Assembly: GCF_000142905.1 (NCBI RefSeq) | Contig: NW_013657662.1 | Location: forward strand, 310,001 to 374,000 | Length of the DNA: 64,000 nt | Source of the DNA: Thecamonas trahens ATCC 50062 | Lineage: Eukaryota > Protista > Apusomonadida | Reading direction: 5' to 3' | Shown here: one piece after another, positions 1 through 10,336 of the stretch | How positions within the stretch are numbered: position 1 is the stretch's first letter | Layout: every line of letters starts with the position of its first letter | Made by a program: the position numbers and the translations under genes | Notes under the pieces: model-generated | Told to the model about the DNA's origin: nothing | The model's input: only the letters and a program-made list of their open reading frames with translations | Database searches by the model: none

Positions 1-1182
1 GCCGTTCCACGCCAGGTCCAAGTACAAAAGAGTAGGATGCATGGCAGCGGCGCGAACAAGCGCAGACGCGCCCGACAGTCGGATCGCATTCCACGACAGG
101 TCCAGGTGTTCGACCATGATGTTGTTCTCGAGCGCGTGCGCAATCGCCCTCGCCCCAATCTGCCCTATCGAGTTGCGCGCAGCCTTGATCGTCACCACCG
201 TATGATTGTCGTCAAGCAGATCAGCGAGTGCAAGCGTCTCGTCGTCGCCGATCTGGTTGCCGCTCACGTCGAGGCAGGTGAGGGTCTCGTTCGAGGCCAT
301 CGAGGCGAAAAGAGCCGCGGCTCCGGACGCCAGGCTGTTGTCGCTAACGCTGAGGCTCCGCACATGCGGCGCGCCGGTGAGCAGGTCAATGAGCGCCGGC
401 ACTCCGTCGCTTCCCAGCCAGTTGTCGTCGAGATTGAGCTTTGTCACAACAGGATCAACTTTGATGGCCTCAGCCAGCGCTTGCAGGCCACGAGGCCCGA
501 TGCCCAGATGCCGCATGTCGAGGTGGGCCACCGCGGGATTGGCCGCAAATGACGATGCCGGCACCACGTTGTTTGCTCTGCAATGCTCAGTGTAGACCTC
601 TAGCACCTTTTCGACGTCGGTCGACGCCAGGACCAACTTCTCGGCCCAGGACTTGTTCAGCGACACGCCCGCACCCGACGCCAACTGGAACGGCGTCAGC
701 ATGCCGCCGCTCTCGGCCGCACCTTGACCATCATCGTCATCACTTGGGGTGCCAAGATCCCACTCGCCTGGATTAACCCAATTGACCACCAGCCGCCCGT
801 CATCGCCACCATCGCCTTGGAGGCCGGAGCCGTCATCGCCGCTCGGGGCAAGGTTAACACGCAGCGGCTGGCTGCTCGCTCGCTCACCGCCGCTCTCGCT
901 AGTGCCCTCGTCGCCACTACCGCCAGCATCAGACGCTTGCGTTTTTCCATCTTCGCCCTTGCCCTCTTGGCTCCTGCTGCTCTCGCTGTTGTGGTGGCGG
1001 GAGCGGGCCGAGGAGCCTGTTGCTCCTGACGACGACGAGGAGGAAGAGGAGGAGGAAGAGGAGGAGGTGCGGGTACGGGGCCGCCCATGCCGTGGCCGTG
1101 GGGCAGGGCTGGCATAGAATGCGCCCTCATTGGCGGCCAGAACCGTCGCGGTCGGGTCGTCAGACTCGGTTCCAGAGTCCAT
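1..1182 (-). CDS. RNI-like leucine-rich-repeat protein, LRRC74-like (3' partial, runs off the left edge)
   Basis: Not in the ORF track. Manual translation from ATG at 1182 gives MDSGTESDD..., an acidic/Ser-rich N-terminus, then 28-aa LRRs (LDMRHLGIGPRGLQALAEAI, LNLDDNWLGSDG, LDVSGNQIGDDE, LDLSWNAIRLSG, LDLAWNG), open to position 1. Confidence 0.85.
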   Translation of the reverse strand, partial: MDSGTESDDPTATVLAANEGAFYASPAPRPRHGRPRTRTSSSSSSSSSSSSSGATGSSARSRHHNSESSRSQEGKGEDGKTQASDAGGSGDEGTSESGGERASSQPLRVNLAPSGDDGSGLQGDGGDDGRLVVNWVNPGEWDLGTPSDDDDGQGAAESGGMLTPFQLASGAGVSLNKSWAEKLVLASTDVEKVLEVYTEHCRANNVVPASSFAANPAVAHLDMRHLGIGPRGLQALAEAIKVDPVVTKLNLDDNWLGSDGVPALIDLLTGAPHVRSLSVSDNSLASGAAALFASMASNETLTCLDVSGNQIGDDETLALADLLDDNHTVVTIKAARNSIGQIGARAIAHALENNIMVEHLDLSWNAIRLSGASALVRAAAMHPTLLYLDLAWNG

Positions 1183-1303
1183 GGTCAAGTGTTTGCACTG
1201 GGGTGCGGGGGGTGTGACTGGGCCGAAGACGCGGCGACAGTGCGGCGCCAGACTACACCAGCAGAAGCATGCCTGACATTCATTTCATGTTTGGACGCCA
1301 GAT

Positions 1304-2515
1304 CTAGCTACTCTTGCGGGGCAGAACGTGCATGACAGTGATCGAGACGTCTGGTCCAGCCGCAGTCGGATGTGGGAGCGCGTAGCAGCGGTAGGCAAAC
1401 GAGTTGTCGGCCCGGACCCGGTATTGGACGTAAAGGTCGGGCCCGGTGACCGCGAGCGTCTTCCACGACGAAGGTGCCTTCCACTGGTGGGTCGGCCGCA
1501 GAGCACGCCCACACGATCCGAGAAGAAGGGCGGTTGCGTTGCGGCGGATGATGATCATGCGTCCGGCATAGGCTTCAAAGTTCTGCGGCCAGGTCGAGAG
1601 CCTGATCCACGCCCCGGTGGCCGGCGTGTCGATGGCATGGAGGAGCGTGAGCATGCAGGGCGCAGGAAGAGCAGCTGGAGCACAGCCGTAGAGGTCGACT
1701 TTGGCCACTGCCCACGGCAGACACGGCATCTGCAGCTCCTTATTGTAGTCACGCGGCGCCGGCGCCGGCGGAAGCGCTGCCGCCGCGGCGTCGCGCTTTC
1801 GCCTCTGCCGCCGCGGGCGCTTCGGCGCGTGGGCGCCGGCAGCGGAGACATCGAGCAGAGCCGGCGAGGCAGCCCGCCGCTTGAGGGAGTTTTCGCTGCT
1901 GCTTGCTTCATCTACGTCTTTGCAAGGTTGGGGCGGCGGTGAAGGGAGCGGGACGAGGGGCGGCTCAAAGTCGAGCGAGAACTGCGGCGGCTGCGGCGGC
2001 TCCGAGAGGTCAGCGAGCTCGAGCGAGTCGACCAGGCAGAACGACGACGACGAGAGGGTACGCAGCGGTTGCGGCTCGCATTGGATTGGTCCAGCGCCTG
2101 CCTCAAATGGGGTGAGCGGGAGAGGCGGGAGGGGGAGGGTGGAGAACGGGGCAGCGTCGGCAGGGCCGCCCGTCCGAAAAAGGTCGTAGTTCTCTGACCC
2201 ATCCGAAAGCGACCGCAGCAGCGGGGCGGCTTTGACCGACGAGGTGCGGACCAAAGTAGGCGAGGTGTAGAGGAGTGACGAGAAGGTTGGGACTTGTGCA
2301 GGTGGTGGGGTGGGGGAAGAGCCGCCAGCTTGCCCGTCCGACAATGGCCCGGCTGCCGATCCTCCGCCGCCGAGCCACAGCGGCGAGCCCGGCCGCAGCG
2401 GCTCGTCACGCAGCGCAGGGCTGGAGCACGCCAGCAGTGCCTGGAGCTCGGCCTCCTGTGACGACCACGCGTCAAACGCCCCAGGCAACATGGACCCGCT
2501 TTCAAACAAGGCCAT
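1304..2515 (-). CDS. Putative transcription factor with a divergent C-terminal CG-1-like DNA-binding domain
   Basis: Long ORF, probable start MALFESG at 2515. Pro/Ser/acidic N-terminus and NLS KRPRRQRRKR. The C-terminal GRMIIIRR...HQWK...LAVTGPDLYVQY...DNSFAYRCYAL...ITVMH pattern resembles the CAMTA CG-1 domain. Confidence 0.55.
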   Translation of the reverse strand: MALFESGSMLPGAFDAWSSQEAELQALLACSSPALRDEPLRPGSPLWLGGGGSAAGPLSDGQAGGSSPTPPPAQVPTFSSLLYTSPTLVRTSSVKAAPLLRSLSDGSENYDLFRTGGPADAAPFSTLPLPPLPLTPFEAGAGPIQCEPQPLRTLSSSSFCLVDSLELADLSEPPQPPQFSLDFEPPLVPLPSPPPQPCKDVDEASSSENSLKRRAASPALLDVSAAGAHAPKRPRRQRRKRDAAAAALPPAPAPRDYNKELQMPCLPWAVAKVDLYGCAPAALPAPCMLTLLHAIDTPATGAWIRLSTWPQNFEAYAGRMIIIRRNATALLLGSCGRALRPTHQWKAPSSWKTLAVTGPDLYVQYRVRADNSFAYRCYALPHPTAAGPDVSITVMHVLPRKSS

Positions 2516-2722
2516 CGATGGGTCGGGCGGAAGGGGGAGACACGTGGCGGACACCGTGAGCAGCAAGAGGTGCCGGCAAGCCGTCAGTCGGCTGTTCGAA
2601 ACTCGTCCCAGACTCCTCCATCTCACCCCGATTGGCTTGACATGGAGGTGGGCACCATGATCTAAGCGTTTCTGCAAAGGCTGGGCAGAGCGCGCGGGGG
2701 AGGGTGTGCCTGGCTGGCCCGA

Positions 2723-3187
2723 CTACTCGGCCGGAGCAGCCGATGCAGGAACAACAGGCTTGGCGTAGCGGGAGCGGAAGGAGATGGCGTGTGGGAGCGG
2801 AGCCACGCGCCAAAGCGCGATCTGCCCGGCCGAGGCGCGTGGATAGGTCCGTGACGGCAGCGGATGGTGGAGATTGACCGGCGCGGGGGTCAGCTCGTAG
2901 GTGCCGCGTCCGGGGCACTGCTCAAAGACGCGCACAAAGTGCTCGCAGGCATCAGGCGGGAGCGGAGAGACCTTTGACTTTTGCGGGTGGCACATGGCCT
3001 GCAAGAGCGAAAAGTGCCGACATCCACGGGTCAGCTCAGCCTCGCTCAGCACGGCCTCGGCGACCTTGGCCTGAGGCGATGCGCCCGTGTAGGCTGGCGG
3101 TGGGAGCCTCGACGGCGGGAGCCATAGCGAGAGCCCCAGAGCACCCATGCCGGTCACACATAGCGTAGCCACCGCAGCCCTCAGCAT
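2723..3187 (-). CDS. Small twin-CX9C (CHCH-like) protein with an N-terminal hydrophobic segment
   Basis: CRHFSLLQAMC and CEHFVRVFEQC are both exact CX9C motifs, 14 aa apart. The N-terminus MLRAAVATLCVTGMGALGLSLWL is hydrophobic. Confidence 0.5.
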   Translation of the reverse strand: MLRAAVATLCVTGMGALGLSLWLPPSRLPPPAYTGASPQAKVAEAVLSEAELTRGCRHFSLLQAMCHPQKSKVSPLPPDACEHFVRVFEQCPGRGTYELTPAPVNLHHPLPSRTYPRASAGQIALWRVAPLPHAISFRSRYAKPVVPASAAPAE

Positions 3188-3352
3188 CCACTGTCAGTCA
3201 CCTTGTGCGTCGAGTGGAAGACGTTGTCTTGCCTACAAGCGGTGGGCTGGGCTTTGGGCAGACCCCATGGTGATCGAGGACGAGACGGTGACGGCGACAG
3301 CAGCGGCAACTCGCACCACTCGTCGACACGTTTCGCGTCGTTGTGGACAACC

Positions 3353-4261
3353 ATGGCCGAGGTAGGCAGAGTAGACGACGGGTACAGGTCGTCGGACGAT
3401 GAGGACTACATGCCATCGGCTGGCTCGGACGACGAGGTCGAGGTGGTGGTCGAGGCCGGGACCGCGGCAGCAGTCACAGCTGGGGCTGGGCCAGGCGCGA
3501 ATGGGCTGCGCAAGAAGAAGCAGAAGCGGAAGCGGAAGCGGAATGTGGATGCATTGGATGAGGACGAAAAGCTGCTCAAGCGCCGTGGCGTCGGCATGTC
3601 CGAGGAGACGAGGAAGCTGGCCGAGGCGATGAGGGCCGAGGAAGAGGCGGCCAGGCTAGCCAACGAGGTCAAGGCATCATCTGCGCGCAAGGCCACCGTC
3701 GACGATCTCTGGGCCGAGCTGAACGGCGGGAGCAAGTCCAAGGCGGCCGCGCCACGCAAGACTTCGAGCGCAGCAGCTGCTGCTCGAGCGCCGGCGGCCG
3801 CGGCTCCGCCGCCATCTCGCGCGGCGACCAAGGCACGGCCGTCGCTGCAGGAAATCATGGCTGGCAAGACGAGCCGCACAACAAGCAGGAAGCCAGGAGT
3901 GGTGGCGTTGACAGAAGAGTTTGACTTTGCAGGCACTACGGTGGCGGTAACCAAGGAGGTGGCGGCCAACTCGACCGAGGCGCGGCGGGCGCAAAAGTCG
4001 AATCGGGTCGACGCGCTCCTCTCCAAACTCAAGGGCAAGAAGAAGATGACGGTTGGGCTCAAAACCGCCCTCGACTGGAACTCGTTCAAAGAGAGCAACA
4101 ACCTGGCGGCCGAGCTCGAGGCCAAGCGCAAAGACGCGTATCTGGAGCGCCAGGACTTTCTTCAGCGGACCGACGAGAGGCTGTTTGAGAAGGAGAAGGC
4201 GCAGCGGCAAACCGAGCGCCTCAAGCTCGAGGCGGAATTGGCGGCGCTCAAGCGCCGGTAG
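3353..4261 (+). CDS. CFDP1: BCNT-domain protein (CFDP1/Swc5, SWR1/SRCAP subunit)
   Basis: Acidic N-terminus with SSDDEDYMPS, the FDFAG motif, and the C-terminal BCNT domain KKKMTVGLKTALDWNSFK...KDAYLERQDFLQRTD. Confidence 0.9.
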   Translation: MAEVGRVDDGYRSSDDEDYMPSAGSDDEVEVVVEAGTAAAVTAGAGPGANGLRKKKQKRKRKRNVDALDEDEKLLKRRGVGMSEETRKLAEAMRAEEEAARLANEVKASSARKATVDDLWAELNGGSKSKAAAPRKTSSAAAAARAPAAAAPPPSRAATKARPSLQEIMAGKTSRTTSRKPGVVALTEEFDFAGTTVAVTKEVAANSTEARRAQKSNRVDALLSKLKGKKKMTVGLKTALDWNSFKESNNLAAELEAKRKDAYLERQDFLQRTDERLFEKEKAQRQTERLKLEAELAALKRR

Positions 4262-4275
4262 CCGCCGATGGCCCG

Positions 4276-5501
4276 CTACTCCCGGTACTCGACGAACGAG
4301 CCGTGACCAGTCTTGCTCGCGTGCTCCACCGCGGCCTTCTGTCCCCGCAGCACTGTGCCACAGTCTTGGCAAAAGAGAGCAAAGGAGCCAACGTCGGTAA
4401 AGCCGTGCGCCGAGTTGACATGTGCCACCACGCCTCGCGCGAGGTCCTCGACGTATACATCGTCAGGCAAAAAGGTGCGGACGTCGGCCGTCTCGGGCGC
4501 AGATTCGGACACTGCCAGCGCCAGCGCGTCGTAGTGAATGCCGGTGTAGAGGACGTAGATGCGGGTGCTGTAGTCGGAGCCCGAGCCAAACACATCCATC
4601 CGCATTGTCTGCGCGTCCATGACGGCGATTTCCACAGCAAAATAGTCGGCGAGGATGGCGAGCTCAATGCCGCCGCCCCATGACGTGCTGCTGCGGATCC
4701 ACGCCTGGTACGCGGCCACAGGCTTGCCGAGCGTTGCGGCGTTCCAGCGTTCTGGGTCAGCGCCTGCAGTAGCTGCAATGAGCTCGCGAAGCTCGGCCGC
4801 CCTTCCGCGGTCGCCGTACATCAGGTACGAGATCGAAGTGAAGCAGCACGAGTTGTCGTCGGCCATGACTCGACGAACCATGGTGCCCGAGGTGTGGAGC
4901 TGCGGGCCACGCATTCCGCCAACCAACGCCGCCGCCGCCTTCCCCTGCGACGCGGGCGATGGACTCCCGCACATTTCACACACCGGCATGACTGCCGCGT
5001 TGCTAAAGGTACATGCCGGACAGGCCCAGCCGCCGGCCGGAAGCTCAGGATCCGCATGCGCAGGAGGCAGGTGCGCCGAGCTCGACGCCGGACTAGAGCC
5101 CGATCTTGTGCTTGACAGCGCTGGCTCCTGTATACTTGACACTACCGCCGCCACCTCAGGCTCGGCCAGGACCGACAACATCAGCGTCTCCCGGTTGGCC
5201 AGGCCCGCAGCCTCCAGCGTGAGTTCATCGCCGTCACGGCCAAGGAGCTTGGGCGGACGGCCAAACTTGACTGTGGCGAGAACCAGGAAGGGAAAGGAGT
5301 GAGTAGAGAGTACGCCTACAGGCAGACGCCCACAATCGCAGAAGCAAGTGCATCACCACACAACGTACGAGCCTGGAACGGGACAGAAATGCCTGTGACG
5401 TCTTCCACGGCAAGCCGCAGGTCGGCGACCGAAGACGACGGCGCCAGCGTCACCGTCTGGCTTCCATCCGGCGCACGGACTCGGAGTTGCCAAGTGTCCA
5501 T
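4276..5501 (-). CDS. YOD1: OTU1/YOD1 deubiquitinase (Ubl-NZF-OTU-C2H2), two exons
   Basis: Exons 5501-5369 and 5270-4276 with intron 5368-5271 (GTACGT...CAG) give 1128 nt in frame. Motifs: N-terminal LRVRAPDG Ubl, DDNSC catalytic motif, WGGGIEL, YTGIHYD, and C-terminal CQDC...HASKTGH. Confidence 0.9.
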
Positions 5502-5567
5502 AGAGGAGGGGGAGGTAAAAAGGGCACACGTGCGCACGCGGGGGGGGGGGACAGAGAGAGGAGGGAG

Positions 5568-5667
5568 NNNNNNNNNNNNNNNNNNNNNNNNNNNNNNNNN
5601 NNNNNNNNNNNNNNNNNNNNNNNNNNNNNNNNNNNNNNNNNNNNNNNNNNNNNNNNNNNNNNNNNNN
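5568..5667. other. Assembly gap (100 N)
   Basis: Run of N. Confidence 1.
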
Positions 5668-6052
5668 GAGGCGGCAGGCAGTCTGAGAACCACATCTAGT
5701 CGTCGAGATCGTCTTTGTACTTGAGATCCTGGGGGCGGATGGAAGAGGGGTCGACAAAAGCGTAGTGGTCCTGCATCTCGCGGTTCACCTGGTCTGCAGG
5801 CTCAATGTCGTTTGGGTGGCAGCGCGGAAGTCGCCCTGGCGGACCACGAGCACGGACTATGCCACGCTCTCGGCAAACGGGACCAGGGGGGCGTGGGCCT
5901 GATCAAGCGCGATCGATCGCGCCTCACGTGTCCCCTTCCCCCCTCCCCCCCTTCCTCCCCCTCAGCTCCCCTTCCTCACAAGCACACACACGCACACTCT
6001 ACTCTGGCCTCACCACGGGGGGGAGAGAGGGGCACTGCGAGGAGCCTACGCT

Positions 6053-7804
6053 TTGGCGGGTATGAGTACAGGCAGGAGACGGGCAGGGACGGCAGGGAGT
6101 ATGGTTGGCTGCAACGGGCTGCCTGAGGAATGGGTCGAGGCCTTTGGCTACGGACAGCTGGTGGAGGCTGCCGGTGCTGCAGACGCGGTGCTGCAGGCGG
6201 CACGGGCCGAAGTGGACGCGCTGGAGGCAAGCTATGCAGAGGCCTGCCGCAAGTTGACACGGGCCGGCATGGCGTCGCCGTCGACGGCTCCCGAGACGCC
6301 GGTCGAGACGGGCGCTGCCGCGGTGCCGACGTCGTGGGCAGGCCGCTTGGCGGCGGCGACATCGCATGCCGAGGCGGAGCGAGTGTACGACGATACCTAT
6401 CCAGAGCTGATGCTCAACGTCGACGAGGCAAAGGCGGTGGTGGATGCTGTCCGCACCCGCGGCGCAGTGGTGGGCGTGGCGGGTTTCGTTGACGGTGCCC
6501 GGGCCCGGATTCTCGAGCTGGACAGCGCGTGGCAGCTGCATCTGTACGCGCTAGTTGGCCGGCTGCGAAGCGTAACTCTCATCGAGTCACGGTCGCTGGT
6601 CAGCGTTGTTCGCTTCCTCCCGCCAAGTATGCTGGCCGACGCTGCGGGCGCGGACTCGAGTGCCGCCGACGACGTCGCAGACAGCGGCGGCGGTAGGCGC
6701 AATTCGGTCTCAGGGATGGACGCCAGTGGGACGCCATGCCGCCTGGAATTTGACGACGGGAGCGCTTGGCTTCTGCATGTGGACCTCGCCGACTATCCGC
6801 TGATGGAAGCCGTGCTGGAGGCCCAGCTGCGCGCGCTGCGGCACGCCAAGTCGGCGTCCGCGCGGCTTTTTGTCAATGCTACCGCTGATGCACTCGAGCC
6901 GTTTGACCCAAGCCACGGCATGAGTGTAGCACACCTTGCAGCACTCGACGCCGCTGTATGCGATGCATTTGCCCTTGCATACGATGCCGCGCTGGGCGCC
7001 GCCGAGCGCGACACCGAGTTTCTGGCCTGTCCCGTGCCCGACGACGTGCTCCAGGCCCAAGACGCGAGAGTGGTGACGCTCTTTGGCCTTGCCCACAAGA
7101 GCCCTGCTTTGCCAGCGGTCCGTGCAAGCAGATCTCGGGCCGCCGTCACCTTTGCGGCGCCGCTCCCGGAGCCGCACCTCGTCCAACACTCGATCCGCTG
7201 GAAGATGCTTGGTATGGGCTCGGTCAATCCGGTCAAATGGCTCGAGCTAGCTGGGCCAAGCGCACTCGTCGTGCTTGTCGAGCTGGCCAAACAGTTTCCT
7301 GCCGAGTCCGTGGCGGTGATCAGCGGTGGCCGTTTTCCATGGGCTTGTGTCGCCCTCGCCTTCATCCGTGGCCTGCTGGTGCTTGCATCGGCGGACCCCG
7401 ACGTGCGCCTTCTCTCACTCGCCGAGCTTGGGCATGCCGAGCCGGGCTCGCGGTTCGACGATCCGGCCCGGGCGTGTGCGCCACAGCCGGTCTGGTCCAA
7501 GCTTGTTTCACCCGAGGTGGAGGCCGACCTTGCTGCCGGTGAGCCCCACGCGCCGCCGCCGTACACTGTTGTCAGCTATGCCGCCTTTGCACGAGACGGA
7601 CCTCCGATCCTGGCGTTCACTGTTGGCTCGCTGCTCACACTCTTTGACGCGCTGTACAAAGAGCGGGCCGAGCGAGCAACAGCCAAGACGATGGACATCC
7701 TCGTCGAGCGAATCCTTTGTCAATTTGACGACTACCTCTCATCTGAGCGGCCGAGCACCGCCGATGAGGTTGCCGCTTGGGTGGCGCACCAGGTCGGGGC
7801 GTGA
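6053..7804 (+). CDS. Protein with a divergent C-terminal ELMO/CED-12-like domain (start uncertain)
   Basis: 583-aa ORF. WKMLGMGSVNPVKWLELAGPSAL...LAKQFP, FPWACVALAF and LFDALYKER...MDILVERI parallel the ELMO domain consensus blocks. Confidence 0.6.
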   Translation: MAGMSTGRRRAGTAGSMVGCNGLPEEWVEAFGYGQLVEAAGAADAVLQAARAEVDALEASYAEACRKLTRAGMASPSTAPETPVETGAAAVPTSWAGRLAAATSHAEAERVYDDTYPELMLNVDEAKAVVDAVRTRGAVVGVAGFVDGARARILELDSAWQLHLYALVGRLRSVTLIESRSLVSVVRFLPPSMLADAAGADSSAADDVADSGGGRRNSVSGMDASGTPCRLEFDDGSAWLLHVDLADYPLMEAVLEAQLRALRHAKSASARLFVNATADALEPFDPSHGMSVAHLAALDAAVCDAFALAYDAALGAAERDTEFLACPVPDDVLQAQDARVVTLFGLAHKSPALPAVRASRSRAAVTFAAPLPEPHLVQHSIRWKMLGMGSVNPVKWLELAGPSALVVLVELAKQFPAESVAVISGGRFPWACVALAFIRGLLVLASADPDVRLLSLAELGHAEPGSRFDDPARACAPQPVWSKLVSPEVEADLAAGEPHAPPPYTVVSYAAFARDGPPILAFTVGSLLTLFDALYKERAERATAKTMDILVERILCQFDDYLSSERPSTADEVAAWVAHQVGA

Positions 7805-7953
7805 TGTGCGTCCGCGAGAGTCAAAGTCGTTGAACATCGCTCGATGATCTCAGAAGTGTGATGGGGAGGTGGGGGTGGGCGGGCGGGCGTCGTGTGGGCG
7901 CGGGCGTGAGCAAAATCCGGATCGGAGTGACACTCGTCTGCCTGCCTTCTTCA

Positions 7954-9807
7954 ATGCAGTTGCACCTTACGGTTGTGGCCGCGGCTTGCCTTGTCGCGGC
8001 CGCTCTCGCCTGCCCCACATTCCGCCAGGTGGAGATCGACCCGTCGTCCATTGCCGACTGGACGCCGCCCATCCGCATGTTCGACTCATTTGCCGGTGCC
8101 ACCAAGTGCCAGACCGAGAAGAAGGAGTGCGTGTACAAGTACGTTGCCGAGGAGAGACGGGTGGAGCCAAAGTCTCGTTTTCGGTGGAAGGTCCTTGGCA
8201 CTTGCGCACGCACGCGTGAAGCCCCTTACGCGCCACTGGCCTCCACACACTCCCGCCAAACATGCTACCTTGTATATACATGGTACAGGGGAGCATGGTT
8301 GGGCATGCTGATGCGCGCTAGGGGGAGGGGGGGAGGGAGCGCAAGCCGGCGTCGACCGCTGGCTGGCGGCAGCTGGCTTGTTTAGTTTTTTTGCACGCGG
8401 CGCTGTGAACTCACCGCCACCGCTGCGTTGTCGATATTTGCAACTGTGGACAGGTTCCCAATGACCACGTACTTTGAGATCGACTTTAACGGCGTCGACT
8501 ACCCGGCCGGCTCGACGGCGGCGTGTGCAGTTGCAGCCGCGCTCGACTACCACCAGACGCTGCCGGCATTTGAGGTGACCAACGAGGAGCACACCCTCAA
8601 TCTGACCAACGTCGAGGTGGTCAACGCCCAGGCGATGGTGTGGAACACGGCCAGCGGCGTGCCGCTGCAGGCGGTGAAGACCCTCACGTTTGAGCCGGAC
8701 GCTGCTGTCACCGAGTACCTCCGGACGACAGTGCCTGCTGGCCGTCCTACGCGGTTTGTCTCCGGTCTCAAGGGCACCATCGGCGCCAACGGATTCATCG
8801 TGGCGCGCGACGTGGCCCAGGCCAACTTTGTGGACCAGGTCTCGTTTATGGCCGTTTCGTACATCGCCACATACACGCCGCTGTCAGTGGCGACCAATCA
8901 GCCGCTCACCATTGACGAGTGCGGCTCGTTTGTCAACCAGCTTATCTTTGATTGCGCCCAGCCCGGGTGGTTTGATCCGGCAGCCAAGGTCCTTGGCTCC
9001 GAGTTTATCAAGCCGGCCAACCTCATCCCGACCATTCAAGCGCTCACTGTTGCGCTCGGTCGGGTCGCCGATGACGGGTCCGGGCCGTACACCGGGCCGG
9101 GAGACACCAAGGCCGAGTGGTGGACCAAGACTGATTCGTGGACGCCCGGCAAGTGTGAGGTGGACGCCGACTGTACCACGACCAACATCACCGCCGCCAA
9201 CGACGAGTTCCGTGGCCTCTATCCCAAGTGCGATGTTCGCCAGGCCCCGGCGCGCTGTGTCATGTGCGACGGCCGCAACACCGCCATGTGCGACGTCACC
9301 ACCCAGATCGACGTCGCAAAATCGCGCTCGGCCGTCGGCCAGTGCTTCCGCAACGACGGCCAAGGCATGTGCAACTTCTTCTCGGGCAAGCTCGTCGATG
9401 CGCCGGACAACTACGATCCGCCGCCGCCGCCGAGCCAGACCGGGTGCGTGCCCAACTGCACCGACTCGCACTGCTTCAACGGTAAGTGCGTCGAATGCTT
9501 TGCCGACGATCACTGCGTCCTCCTCTACCAGGGCACCTACTCGGGCTCGTGCGACATGTCCCGGAACACCTGCTCCTACACCCTGCCGGCCTACCAGCGC
9601 GGCTCGCCCATCGTCAAGGATGACTCGCAGAAGGTTGTTATCATCGCCTGCGCCTCTGCCGGTGGAGTCTGCTGCATCGGCATCATCGTCGCCATTCTTT
9701 TCTTCCGCATGCGCCGCGCACGCCTCAACGAGGCTGACAATACTCTCTCTGACACTCTCTCCAAGAAGGCCCGCAACCGTTCCGATCGGTTCACCTTTAC
9801 CGACTAA
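7954..9807 (+). CDS. Type I membrane protein with a Cys-rich ectodomain, two exons
   Basis: Signal peptide MQLHLTVVAAACLVAAALA. Exon 7954-8138, intron 8139-8453 (GTACGT...CAG) and exon 8454-9807 total 1539 nt in frame. Cys repeats CEVDADC and CVECFADDHC, then TM VVIIACASAGGVCCIGIIVAILFF followed by RMRRAR. Confidence 0.85.
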
Positions 9808-10129
9808 CCACATTTGGACATCGCCTTAAACCTACTTTGCTTCAACCGACCGCCGACCACCAACCACGAACCGGTGAACGGATCGACTATCTGTGACAGA
9901 CAAACTCATGATGGTAGCCATGACTATCCGCTCAGGCTAGACGTATGAGTATCATCACCACTGCTTCTTTATCAGCTCAAAGTCGAAAAGCATCCACGCA
10001 CGCAGGGGCATTATCTTCTCGGCGCGCAGAGCCGAAAGGCGGTTAAGCTTCTTCGCCATCATGTCCGTCGCCACCGAGTTGAGCCGCTCGCAGCTGGCAC
10101 CAACCACCGACGACGGTTGTTCACCGCCC

Positions 10130-10325
10130 ATTCCACCGCCACACACACACACGCCCACACCCAGTCACACCACACCACACTCCACACTACACACTACCAC
10201 CACAACCACAACCACCACAACCACCACCGCACCGCACCACAACCACAACCACACACAAACGCTCAGTCCGGGCACCTCTCAACCCCCAACCCCCCACAAA
10301 CCCCCACACACACACACACACACTC
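10130..10325 (+). repeat. CA/CAC/CAAC low-complexity tract
   Basis: Nearly pure C/A simple repeats upstream of the LRR-TM gene. Confidence 0.9.
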
Positions 10326-10336
10326 AGCCCCGCAAC

